Shown here: piece after piece, positions 40,093-49,075 of the stretch | How the letters are laid out: each line of letters starts with the position of its first letter | How positions within the stretch are numbered: the first letter of the stretch is position 1 | Assembly: GCA_965205975.1 (NCBI GenBank) | Contig: OZ242195.1 | Location: forward strand, 2,368,001-2,432,000 | Origin: Candidatus Latescibacterota bacterium | GTDB lineage: Bacteria; Latescibacterota; UBA2968 | Direction of reading: 5' to 3' | DNA: 64,000 bases | Position numbers and translations under genes: made by a program | The notes under the pieces: generated by a model | The model's database searches: none | What the model was told of the DNA's origin: nothing | The model's input: the letters and a program-made list of their open reading frames with translations, nothing else

Positions 40093-41118
40093 TTATCTGC
40101 GATCCAGCATCTCTTCTGTCAGATTTGCCATATACTGCACCAGGGGAACGAGCCGCCCATAGGGCAATCGCGTTGGCCCAATAATCCCGATAACACCCGA
40201 CACATTGCCCACCGAATACGTAGAAGTCAGCAAACTGCAATCCTTGAGCGCGGGAGATTCGTGTTCGTCGCCAATCGTGATGGAAATACCCGCATCGCGC
40301 GCGCGGTCACTCAACAAATGCGCCACATATTCACGAGCCTCCAGCATGCTAATCAGACCGGCAAGGCGTTCACTGGAAAAATCGGGCTGCCCAAAAAAGT
40401 TGCGCGTGCCATCCATATGCAGATCTGCACTGCTCGGAAATCTGAATAGATGATCGGCACTATTGGCAAGCAAATGCAACAGCTTGGGAGACCCGGACGA
40501 TGCAGACGCAAGCCGTTCTTTGACAGATGCCATAATCTCGCCTATCGTAAGCCCGGAAAGCCGCTGGTTGACCACCCGCCGCGTTTCTTCCAACTCGTCC
40601 TCTTCAATTTCTGAGTCGATTTCGACAACCATCGTCTTGACCAATCCAGACCGAATAGTCATCACCATCAGCAGCTTGGATTCGCTCAACTTGAGCATTT
40701 CTAAACGCTCAAAAATACCCTGGGTGAATTGGGGACCAAGGGCAATGCCCAGATTGTGCGATACATCGGCCAAAACTTTGGACACTTGCACCAATAAATC
40801 ATCGGCGTTGCCTTCTCGCAAACGCTCAACACTATCCCGAATAGACCGCTGTGCAGCCTCGGCGAGTTCCTCCCGATTCATCAGCATATCGACATAGTAC
40901 CGATATCCCTTATCGCTCGGCACCCTACCCGCCGAAGTATGGGGCTGGTACAAATAGCCTTTTTCTTCGAGATCGGCCATCGAGTTTCGAATAGTCGCCG
41001 CGCTGAGTCCCAAATCCATCTTGGAAATTGTGCGCGACCCCACTGGCTCGCCTGTGGTGACATAAGTGCCAATTAAAATGTCGAGAATTGCCTTTTCCCG
41101 AAGTGTTAGTTCGGTCAT
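40093..41118 (-). CDS. hrcA: Heat-inducible transcription repressor HrcA
   Basis: PVGSR, SAATIRN.MADLE..GYL.QPHTSAGRVP..KGYRYYVD, GPTR. Confidence 0.97.
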   Translation of the reverse strand: MTELTLREKAILDILIGTYVTTGEPVGSRTISKMDLGLSAATIRNSMADLEEKGYLYQPHTSAGRVPSDKGYRYYVDMLMNREELAEAAQRSIRDSVERLREGNADDLLVQVSKVLADVSHNLGIALGPQFTQGIFERLEMLKLSESKLLMVMTIRSGLVKTMVVEIDSEIEEDELEETRRVVNQRLSGLTIGEIMASVKERLASASSGSPKLLHLLANSADHLFRFPSSADLHMDGTRNFFGQPDFSSERLAGLISMLEAREYVAHLLSDRARDAGISITIGDEHESPALKDCSLLTSTYSVGNVSGVIGIIGPTRLPYGRLVPLVQYMANLTEEMLDRR

Positions 41119-41227
41119 AGCATGTCCCTTTCCGTTTAGATGAAAGGGGAAGAAAACGACCTATCCACGTTGATACAGCTTAGTCTATGATATATATAGG
41201 AAGAGCCAGCGATTGTCAAGCCCCATC

Positions 41228-41266
41228 AAAAAACGGGCTGGCCGACTTATCTGACCAACCCGTTTT
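41228..41266 (-). terminator. Terminator of the secreted-protein gene
   Basis: AAAACGGGCTGG...CCAACCCGTTTT inverted repeat. Confidence 0.6.
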
Positions 41267-41288
41267 CGATCTCAGACCTGCTTATTTT

Positions 41289-42905
41289 TTAACCTCCACT
41301 CACTGGCTTGCCAAAGGCATCGGCAAAGAGCAAAAAGTCTGAAAATGCGACCGTACCATCCCCGTCCAAATCAGCCGCGGCATTGTATCCCGAGGCCCCC
41401 TCGCTTGTGCCAAAAGCAGCGACAAAGAGCAAGAAGTCGGAGAAATCGACAGCTCCATTGCCATCCAGATCAGCACTGCGCGTCTGAGACGGTGCCTGGC
41501 GTATCACGATTAACGCTTGAATTGTGGTCTCGGAAATAGGGAATCCGAGAATAGAGACGGTATCTCCCACCATCAAATCGGAAATGGGAAAAATAAGTTG
41601 GATGAGATCATCAACATTACCAGAAAAGAATATTGCGATAATATCCTCAACACTCTTCTGGTCGAGGGTAATCATCAAAGCCTGTGAGACATCCACGCTC
41701 ACCTGTTGACCATTGCGTTGGATGGAAAACGAATTCGTTTCAGCATTCACACTCTGAACACTGACGTCTCTAATGTCAACGGGCTCCGGCGGCGTTTGCA
41801 GCATAATTTGCAAATCAGTTACACTGGCACCATTGACAACCTGAATCAGTGCCCCGGGATCGACTTCACCTGTAAAGAGATTGAGCCCCATAGAAGCAAC
41901 TAACTCAACCGTATTTCCCTGTGCATCCACCACATCTTGTCCCAGAAATAGCGCGTAAGATCCATCCGGCACATGTTTCAACTCAAACGCCAGTTGTTCT
42001 GGAAAGGATTCTAATACATTGAAATTAGAAATACGAACAATAGCACGCTCAAACGGGTCAGTGTCATCACCTTCCATCAGAGCTTTTGAATACAATTCAG
42101 GATCAATCAGTAATGCTCCACCTGGACCCGGCGTAAAACCCTCGGGCAAAATACCTATGCCGGACACAAAGGCATCTGGCAATTCCACTGTGCCCCAAAA
42201 ATACTGTTGCTGCTCGGCAATAGGAGCCATATCTGAACGGCCGATAAGCATCTGATAGGTCGCACCCTCGGGCAAATTAACAGTACCCGTCAACTTTGTG
42301 CGATCTTCGCTGGCGGTCAAATCGGGTGCGGTTGCAATCGCTTCAATTAACCCAATGGGATAGGAAACAAAATCCAGCCCAATATCTACACCTGCCGCGT
42401 CAATGGTTACAATAGGCATGTTAAATGTAATCTCAAACTGTTGCATCCCACTCGGCACGGGCGGATTCTTCACATCTTCCTGAAGCGTCACACCGCCTAT
42501 AACAAACGAAGTCACAGCGGGCGTAACGGGTTGTTGTGGCACAAAACTATTGGGATCCCCGGGATTTGTCACCTGAATGCTTGCATCTGGTGTACCATCG
42601 CCATCTGGATCACCCAATTCTTGACCATTGGACACGCCATCGCCATCTGAGTCGAGCATTGCGAGCATGGCATTCCACTGAACGACACCAGTGCGACCAC
42701 TCGGCACGAGATAATTGCTGTTGATAGCACTACCAAAAGACGTGAGAGTACCACCGCCACCTGGATTCACATGACACGAAGCACACCCGATCATACTGCC
42801 ATTGGGCAACTGACCAACCCGTGCTGGACGGGCATCTGCCTGTCCCCACCCAACAAAAACAAGGACCAGGACCGTTAGTACTCTGTGAGAGTTCAACCGC
42901 GACAT
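41289..42905 (-). CDS. Secreted multidomain protein: CxxCH/temptin-like N-domain and C-terminal dockerin-like double EF-hand
   Basis: Signal peptide, CASCH, DSDGDGVSNGQELGDP, twin ADLDGxGxVxFSDFLLF..AFG; GGAGGA RBS before ATG 42905. Confidence 0.75.
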   Translation of the reverse strand: MSRLNSHRVLTVLVLVFVGWGQADARPARVGQLPNGSMIGCASCHVNPGGGGTLTSFGSAINSNYLVPSGRTGVVQWNAMLAMLDSDGDGVSNGQELGDPDGDGTPDASIQVTNPGDPNSFVPQQPVTPAVTSFVIGGVTLQEDVKNPPVPSGMQQFEITFNMPIVTIDAAGVDIGLDFVSYPIGLIEAIATAPDLTASEDRTKLTGTVNLPEGATYQMLIGRSDMAPIAEQQQYFWGTVELPDAFVSGIGILPEGFTPGPGGALLIDPELYSKALMEGDDTDPFERAIVRISNFNVLESFPEQLAFELKHVPDGSYALFLGQDVVDAQGNTVELVASMGLNLFTGEVDPGALIQVVNGASVTDLQIMLQTPPEPVDIRDVSVQSVNAETNSFSIQRNGQQVSVDVSQALMITLDQKSVEDIIAIFFSGNVDDLIQLIFPISDLMVGDTVSILGFPISETTIQALIVIRQAPSQTRSADLDGNGAVDFSDFLLFVAAFGTSEGASGYNAAADLDGDGTVAFSDFLLFADAFGKPVSGG

Positions 42906-43256
42906 AAACAATCCTCCTGAAGAGGGTGATAATTAGAGACAACACGACGTAGCGTCTCATTTCGGAAAATGTAGAACATGTCCCATTGAAAGGCAACCGC
43001 TTTCTCAATAAAAAAATTAGCTTGCAACTTACAGAGAAATGTTTATAATTAGATCTTGTTTTTTTCGCATTTTTCTATAATTGAATCTTGTCATAGGGCA
43101 TCATCGCCCGACAGTGTAACACGCATTTAATACATGAGAAATCACGCGGAAACAAACACCATCTATATTTCGTGTCGATATGTTGGGTCGGCAAAACTGT
43201 CGATCCTTTCATTTTTCAATACCAGGCCACTTTTCTCACAATGAAAGGAGCAGAAT

Positions 43257-44675
43257 ATGGCCCAAACGCCACAAGATGTTCTTGCAATGATCGCAGATCA
43301 GGGCATTAAAGTCGTCGATTTTCGCTTTACCGATTTTCCCGGACATTGGCAGCATTTTACTGTCATGGCCTCTGAGGTCGAAGAAGAAACCTTTGAAGAC
43401 GGACTCGGCTTTGACGGATCCAGTATTCGCGGCTGGCAGGCCATCAACGAATCGGACATGCTCGTCATACCCGATGCTGCCACGGCGGTTATCGATCCTT
43501 TCCTCGAAGAACCCACACTCGTGATGATCTGTAATATTGCCGATCCCATCACCAAAAGCGGCTATTCGCGCGATCCGCGTTCGGTCGCTCAAAAAGCCGA
43601 AGCCTATATGCAATCCACGGGCATTGGCGATACGGCATTTTTTGGTCCAGAAGCCGAATTTTTTGTCTTTGACGACGTGCGCTTTGGCGAAGGGGCAAAC
43701 CACGCCTTTCACAGCGTAGATTCAGTTGAAGGCTACTGGAACTCGGGCAGAGATGAAGGTCCCAACCTCGGTTACAAACCCCGCCACAAAGAAGGCTACT
43801 TCCCCGTGCCGCCTCACGACACGCTGCAAAATATACGCACGGAAATGGTACTGACCATGGAAGAAGTCGGCATTGATATAGAAGTTCATCACCACGAAGT
43901 GGCAACCGGCGGTCAGGGCGAAATCGACATCCGATTCTGTCCGATGGTCACATGCGCCGACAGAATGACCCTTTACAAATACATTGTCAAAAACGTGGCG
44001 CACAAACACGGTAAAACCGCCACCTTTATGCCCAAACCCCTCTTTGAAGACAATGGCACAGGCATGCACACACATCAAAGCCTCTGGAAAGGCGGTGAGC
44101 CTCTCTTTGCCGGGTCGGGATACGCGGGCCTGAGCGAAATGGCTCTGCACTATATCGGTGGCATTCTCAAACACGCCGATGCGCTGATCGCATTGACCAA
44201 CCCGACCACCAACTCGTTTAAGCGTCTGGTGCCCGGGTATGAAGCTCCGGTCAATCTGGCCTATTCGCAGCGCAATCGCAGTGCTGCAGTACGCATCCCA
44301 GTGTATTCTCAAAGTCCCAAAGCCAAACGCGTCGAATTTCGATGCCCAGATCCGAGTGCCAATCCCTACCTGGCTTTCGCGGCCATGTTGATGGCTGGCC
44401 TGGACGGCATTCAGAACAAAATTGATCCAGGGGAACCGCTCGACAAAAACCTCTACGATCTGGAACCCGAAGAAGCGGCATCTATCCCGCAGACACCGGG
44501 TTCACTGTCCGATGCCCTCGACTCTCTGGAAGCAGATCACGACTTCTTGCTCAAGGGTGATGTCTTTACCGAAGACGTAATCGAAACCTGGATCGAATAC
44601 AAGCGCGAAAACGAAGTTGACGCCATCAACCAGCGTCCTCATCCACACGAATTCGCACTTTACTTCGATGTGTAA
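43257..44675 (+). CDS. glnA: Glutamine synthetase type I
   Basis: [46 protein letters not shown] adenylylation site. Confidence 0.97.
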   Translation: MAQTPQDVLAMIADQGIKVVDFRFTDFPGHWQHFTVMASEVEEETFEDGLGFDGSSIRGWQAINESDMLVIPDAATAVIDPFLEEPTLVMICNIADPITKSGYSRDPRSVAQKAEAYMQSTGIGDTAFFGPEAEFFVFDDVRFGEGANHAFHSVDSVEGYWNSGRDEGPNLGYKPRHKEGYFPVPPHDTLQNIRTEMVLTMEEVGIDIEVHHHEVATGGQGEIDIRFCPMVTCADRMTLYKYIVKNVAHKHGKTATFMPKPLFEDNGTGMHTHQSLWKGGEPLFAGSGYAGLSEMALHYIGGILKHADALIALTNPTTNSFKRLVPGYEAPVNLAYSQRNRSAAVRIPVYSQSPKAKRVEFRCPDPSANPYLAFAAMLMAGLDGIQNKIDPGEPLDKNLYDLEPEEAASIPQTPGSLSDALDSLEADHDFLLKGDVFTEDVIETWIEYKRENEVDAINQRPHPHEFALYFDV

Positions 44676-44702
44676 TATTGTAAGTCGTTTTTAGAAAAAA
44701 AG

Positions 44703-44740
44703 AAAAGCAGATGGTCATATCCCGACCATCTGCTTTTTTT
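44703..44740. terminator. Bidirectional terminator between convergent genes
   Basis: AAAAGCAGATGGTC...GACCATCTGCTTTT. Confidence 0.85.
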
Positions 44741-44748
44741 ACACCCTC

Positions 44749-45537
44749 TCAATCCCTCAACTTCGTCTTCTCATCCCACCTCACCACATCCAAATATTTT
44801 TGTGAAAAGCCAATTGCATCCCGAACATCGGCACCGCGCATATCGGCATTATCAAACTGGGCTTTGTAGAGATCGGCTTTCTGCATGCGGGCGCGCTGGA
44901 GATTGGCCTGGCGCAAATCCACTTTGACGAGATCGGCATCCTGAAGTCTGGCACTTTGCAGATTAGCTCCCCTCAAATTGGCGTCGGTCAAATCCGATTT
45001 TCGAATATCGGCTGTACGCAATATAGCATTTTCGAAATCCACTTTGACCAATATAGCCTCTGACAAATTGGCCTTGTAAAAATGCGCGTTTTTGCATTTA
45101 GCTCCGCGCAAATTGCATCCCACCAATTTTGCCCCCTCAAAATTTGCGCCTTCCATATTTGCACCGCTGAGATCTGCCAATTCCAAATCAGACGGCGATA
45201 CCTGTGCACCTTTCATATTCGCTCTTGTGAGGGTCGCATTCTGCAAAAACGCCCCACACAGATCGGCACCTTCGAGGTTTGCATCGCGCAAATTGGCCTG
45301 TAAAAGACGCGCGCGCTGTAAGTTCGCACCCGATAAATTGGCACCCCGTAACTGCGCGCCACTGAGAATGGCTTCGCGCATATCGGCACGTTGTAATGCG
45401 GCATTTTGCAATTCCGCTCGGTTTAAATTTGCACCGGCCAGATCAGCGCGCACTCCCGCTGTCCCGTTGGACGCTATCCAGGCTTGATGTTGTGCAAGAA
45501 TCTCGCGCACCTGTGCAGGTGAAAGAGTTATGGGCAT
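44749..45537 (-). CDS. Pentapeptide repeat protein
   Basis: Continuous A(D/N)Lxx repeats after an IL..H..W...G..G.RADL cap. Confidence 0.9.
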   Translation of the reverse strand: MPITLSPAQVREILAQHQAWIASNGTAGVRADLAGANLNRAELQNAALQRADMREAILSGAQLRGANLSGANLQRARLLQANLRDANLEGADLCGAFLQNATLTRANMKGAQVSPSDLELADLSGANMEGANFEGAKLVGCNLRGAKCKNAHFYKANLSEAILVKVDFENAILRTADIRKSDLTDANLRGANLQSARLQDADLVKVDLRQANLQRARMQKADLYKAQFDNADMRGADVRDAIGFSQKYLDVVRWDEKTKLRD

Positions 45538-45553
45538 TTGATTTTTCCTCTCG

Positions 45554-46120
45554 CTAAATTCTGATAATTTCGTTTTCGGTTATGATCAAATCCATCTTCA
45601 CATCGTGTGGCTCGGCAGGCACGCGATCTATAATCTGAAAACCATAAGATAAACCGATCCGAACAGCTTTAGTCTGTACCAAAAATCGGTCATAATATCC
45701 CCCCCCCGATCCAATCCGATGACCCAGGCGATCAAAAGCGATGCCCGGAATAAGGACGAGGTCAATGGTATGAGGCAATAGAACCATTTCGGGATTTGGA
45801 ACCGGTTCGCGCAAGCCATAACGCACAGGTCGCAGATCACTCAGGCCCAAAATCGCTTGAAAATCCATGCCTCCCTCTTCCCGAGTAACGGGTACGCCCA
45901 CCTGCTTACCACTCCCAATTGTTTTTTGAATCACTGTTCTCGTATCCACTTCACTTTTTATGGACACATAACAGGCAATACGCCGTGCACATTGGTATGC
46001 TGGCATATCGATCAACCGACGATAAATACGCAAACTCTTCTCGCGAACAGCCCGTTCGGACATTTGGATACGCTCTGCGTGAAGGCGATGTTTCAGATCT
46101 AACTTTGTCATAATTACCAT
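45554..46120 (-). CDS. 5-formyltetrahydrofolate cyclo-ligase
   Basis: EVDT, IDLVLIPGIAFD..G.RIG.GGGYYDR, EPHD. Confidence 0.92.
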   Translation of the reverse strand: MVIMTKLDLKHRLHAERIQMSERAVREKSLRIYRRLIDMPAYQCARRIACYVSIKSEVDTRTVIQKTIGSGKQVGVPVTREEGGMDFQAILGLSDLRPVRYGLREPVPNPEMVLLPHTIDLVLIPGIAFDRLGHRIGSGGGYYDRFLVQTKAVRIGLSYGFQIIDRVPAEPHDVKMDLIITENEIIRI

Positions 46121-46270
46121 CGTAAGGAACAGCTTCCGTACCGTCCCGAATGATTCGTTTCTCGCTTCTCGCTTGACTTTAATAAATTAAACTGTTAAAA
46201 TTTCACAACATTTTTAATGATATTTTATCGGTGTTTGGGCGCGCAAGTTGAATTTTTCATTATTAATAAT

Positions 46271-47110
46271 ATGGAAGACACTCATATAAACAACTCTCGT
46301 GATTGTACTCAGCTTCAAGATAGGCTAAAAGCGCGCGGCAACCTGCCGTCTCACATTGCAATAATAATGGATGGCAATGGACGGTGGGCGCAACAACGAG
46401 ATTTACGCCGCACGGATGGGCATCGGTCTGCCCGTGAAACCGTGCGCGATATTGTGCGTGCCTGTGGCGAACTCGAAATAGATATTCTCACCCTGTTCAC
46501 CTTTGGCACAGATAATTGGCGTCGGCCTTGGTCAGAAGTGTTGTCACTGATGCAATTGTTGCGCGACTGTTCACACGAAGAACTCAATGAGTTGCAGGAA
46601 AACAACGTGCGTCTCATTGCAACCGGCGATATGGAGCGGCTGGTCAAGCACTCGCGTAAAGCACTTAAAAATGCCATTCGCGAAACGGCTAATAATACGG
46701 GACTTACGCTTAATCTCGCATTGAGCTACGACGGTAAGAGCGATATTCTTCAAGCCGTACAAAGCATCGCTGCCGACATCGCACAGGGACGCATTTCGCC
46801 AGACGCTATTGATCCCAATTTATTTTCCAAACGCCTTTATACAGGTGATTTGCCCGATCCCGATTTATTGATTCGCACCAGCGGTGAAGTTCGCTTGAGC
46901 AATTTTATGCTCTGGCAGTGTGCTTATACTGAGTTCTGGTTTACAGATGTACTGTGGCCCGATTTTAAGCGCGAGCACCTCTACAAAGCCATCCGCAGTT
47001 ATCAAAATCGAGAACGGCGGTTTGGCAAAACAGGACTTCAAGTGCGCGATGAAACGCTCGCAAGCGAAACCAATGGGTCTTCGGAGGGCTTGTGGCAAAG
47101 TCCAATCTAA
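46271..47110 (+). CDS. uppS: Undecaprenyl diphosphate synthase
   Basis: HIAIIMDGNGRWA, NWRRP, DPDLLIRTSGEVRLSNFMLWQ. Confidence 0.95.
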   Translation: MEDTHINNSRDCTQLQDRLKARGNLPSHIAIIMDGNGRWAQQRDLRRTDGHRSARETVRDIVRACGELEIDILTLFTFGTDNWRRPWSEVLSLMQLLRDCSHEELNELQENNVRLIATGDMERLVKHSRKALKNAIRETANNTGLTLNLALSYDGKSDILQAVQSIAADIAQGRISPDAIDPNLFSKRLYTGDLPDPDLLIRTSGEVRLSNFMLWQCAYTEFWFTDVLWPDFKREHLYKAIRSYQNRERRFGKTGLQVRDETLASETNGSSEGLWQSPI

Positions 47111-47910
47111 TCCAGCGCGTATTGGCAGCAGCCGTTTTTGGTCCAGTTTTGGTGGTTTTATTCTGGTTGGGTGACTATTGGCTATTTATACTGTGGTGCG
47201 GTGTGGTCTCTATAGGCACCTGGGAATTTTATCGCATGCTATCTCAGAAAGGACTGCACCCCTGGACGGGATTTGGCATTGTTATATCTCTCTCCTGGTG
47301 TGTTGTAGCTTATGTTATTGAGCAAACTGCTTTCGCATTTTTATTTTTTTTTCTCGTATTATTGCTATTAATGTTCAGCGTAGCCCTGTTTCGAGACACC
47401 ACAGGCTATCGCCTGCTCAATGCAGGAGGCACGCTTTTAGGTGTGCTTTACGTCGGTTTTTTGGGCAGTTTTGTTCTCATAGTGAGAAACTCATTGCCCT
47501 TTGGTGCGTCAGAACAGGGGCAAGTTGCTGTTCTCATCTTACTGGGGATTTGGGCCAATGATACAATGGCCTATTTTTTTGGACGGTGGTTTGGCCGATG
47601 GCATCCCTTTCCTACCATCAGCGCGGCAAAGACCGAAGCCGGATTCATCGGAGGTCTTCTATCCGCGTTTCTCGTCATAGGACTTGGCGCGCAGATACTC
47701 GAATTATTTAATATAACCCAAAGCCTCATACTCGGCCTTCTCATTGGCATCGGGGCATCTTTGGGAGATCTCGTTGAATCCATGATTAAACGAGATATGG
47801 ATGTCAAAGATACGTCGGAACTGATCCCTGGGCACGGTGGCGTGCTGGATCGCTTTGACAGTGTTTTTTTTGTTTTCCCACTTGTTTATATTTATTTTCA
47901 ATTTTTATGA
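47092..47910 (+). CDS. cdsA: Phosphatidate cytidylyltransferase
   Basis: DTMAYFFG, GDLVESMIKR..VKD...IPGHGGVLDRFDS. Confidence 0.95.
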   Translation: MAKSNLIQRVLAAAVFGPVLVVLFWLGDYWLFILWCGVVSIGTWEFYRMLSQKGLHPWTGFGIVISLSWCVVAYVIEQTAFAFLFFFLVLLLLMFSVALFRDTTGYRLLNAGGTLLGVLYVGFLGSFVLIVRNSLPFGASEQGQVAVLILLGIWANDTMAYFFGRWFGRWHPFPTISAAKTEAGFIGGLLSAFLVIGLGAQILELFNITQSLILGLLIGIGASLGDLVESMIKRDMDVKDTSELIPGHGGVLDRFDSVFFVFPLVYIYFQFL

Positions 47911-49061
47911 TAAAACGCGTTGCCCTTCTCGGATCCACAGGCTCTATCGGCACAAACACGCTGCATGTTCTGAATAGCCTATCCGACCGATTTGAACTGG
48001 TGAGTTTATGTGCCGGACGCAATGCCGAGTTGCTGTGTGAACAAGCCGAGCACTGGCGCCCTAAGCGCGTTTGTATTGCCCAGGGAGCAAAAGAGGTGCA
48101 GGCGCGTCTTGCCCCACTGGACATTGAAGTGCTCGAAGGCAGCGCGGGCTTGCAGGACCTGTCTGTCGATCCCGATGTCGATCTGGTCATTAACGGCCTG
48201 GCGGCAGGCGTGGGACTGCGCCCTACGCTATCTGCTGTACGCGCGGGCAAAGATGTGGCAATTGCCAATAAAGAGACACTGGTTGTCGCAGGGCATCTGG
48301 TAACTGCCTGGGCCAAACAGACCGGTGCCACATTATTGCCGATCGACAGTGAGACAACGCCGCTGTGGCAATCGTTTCAAGAGACGAACCGAGACGAGGT
48401 CAAACGCATTTTATTGCCCGCCTCGGGCGGTCCTTTTTTTGACTATACGCAAAAGCAAATGGCGAGTGTTTCACGCGACCAGGCACTAAATCATCCCACC
48501 TGGCAGATGGGACCAAAAATTACGATTGACTCCGCTACATTGATGAATAAAGGCTTTGAAGTGATCGAAGCGCAATGGTTTCTCGATTTACCAATCTCGA
48601 AAATCGATGTGATTATCCATCGGCAGTCTATTGTGCATTGTCTTATCGAATACGTGGATGGCGGCATGATGGCGCACCTGAGCACACCCGATATGCAGTT
48701 GCCCATTCATCAGGCTCTGGTGCATCCCGAAAAGCTGCCCACACAGGTTGAACGCCTGGATCTGACAAAGGTCGGCACATTGAGTTTTTTTCAGCCCGAT
48801 ACCGACCGATTTCCCTGTCTTCAATTGGCATATCAGGCCGTAGAACAGGGCGGAACTGCGCCCGCAGCACTCAATGCTGCCAATGAAGTCGCCGTGTATG
48901 CTTTTCTCGAGGGCCGCATCGGATTTCTCGATATCCCTCGTGTGATTGCACAAACCCTTGATGAACACGAGGCATCTGAAGATACCCTCGAGGCGATCTT
49001 TGACACAGACCGCTGGGGGCGAGTCCGTGCAAATGAGCTGATTTGTTCACTTGAATCATAG
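47907..49061 (+). CDS. dxr: 1-deoxy-D-xylulose 5-phosphate reductoisomerase
   Basis: LGSTGSIG, ANKE, ASGGPF, HPTWQMGPKITIDSATLMNKG.E, NAANE. Confidence 0.95.
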   Translation: MIKRVALLGSTGSIGTNTLHVLNSLSDRFELVSLCAGRNAELLCEQAEHWRPKRVCIAQGAKEVQARLAPLDIEVLEGSAGLQDLSVDPDVDLVINGLAAGVGLRPTLSAVRAGKDVAIANKETLVVAGHLVTAWAKQTGATLLPIDSETTPLWQSFQETNRDEVKRILLPASGGPFFDYTQKQMASVSRDQALNHPTWQMGPKITIDSATLMNKGFEVIEAQWFLDLPISKIDVIIHRQSIVHCLIEYVDGGMMAHLSTPDMQLPIHQALVHPEKLPTQVERLDLTKVGTLSFFQPDTDRFPCLQLAYQAVEQGGTAPAALNAANEVAVYAFLEGRIGFLDIPRVIAQTLDEHEASEDTLEAIFDTDRWGRVRANELICSLES

Positions 49062-49075
49062 AAACGAGGTTTCCC

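Noticed and set aside
43134..43244. 36-aa leader peptide upstream of glnA
   Set aside because: No RBS and no Gln/Glu codon run
44749..45537. 15-bp periodicity resembling a repeat array
   Set aside because: Explained by the pentapeptide repeat coding sequence; not CRISPR
46121..46270. Possible 6S RNA upstream of the 5-formyl-THF cyclo-ligase gene
   Set aside because: Short AT-rich divergent promoter region with no long irregular hairpin
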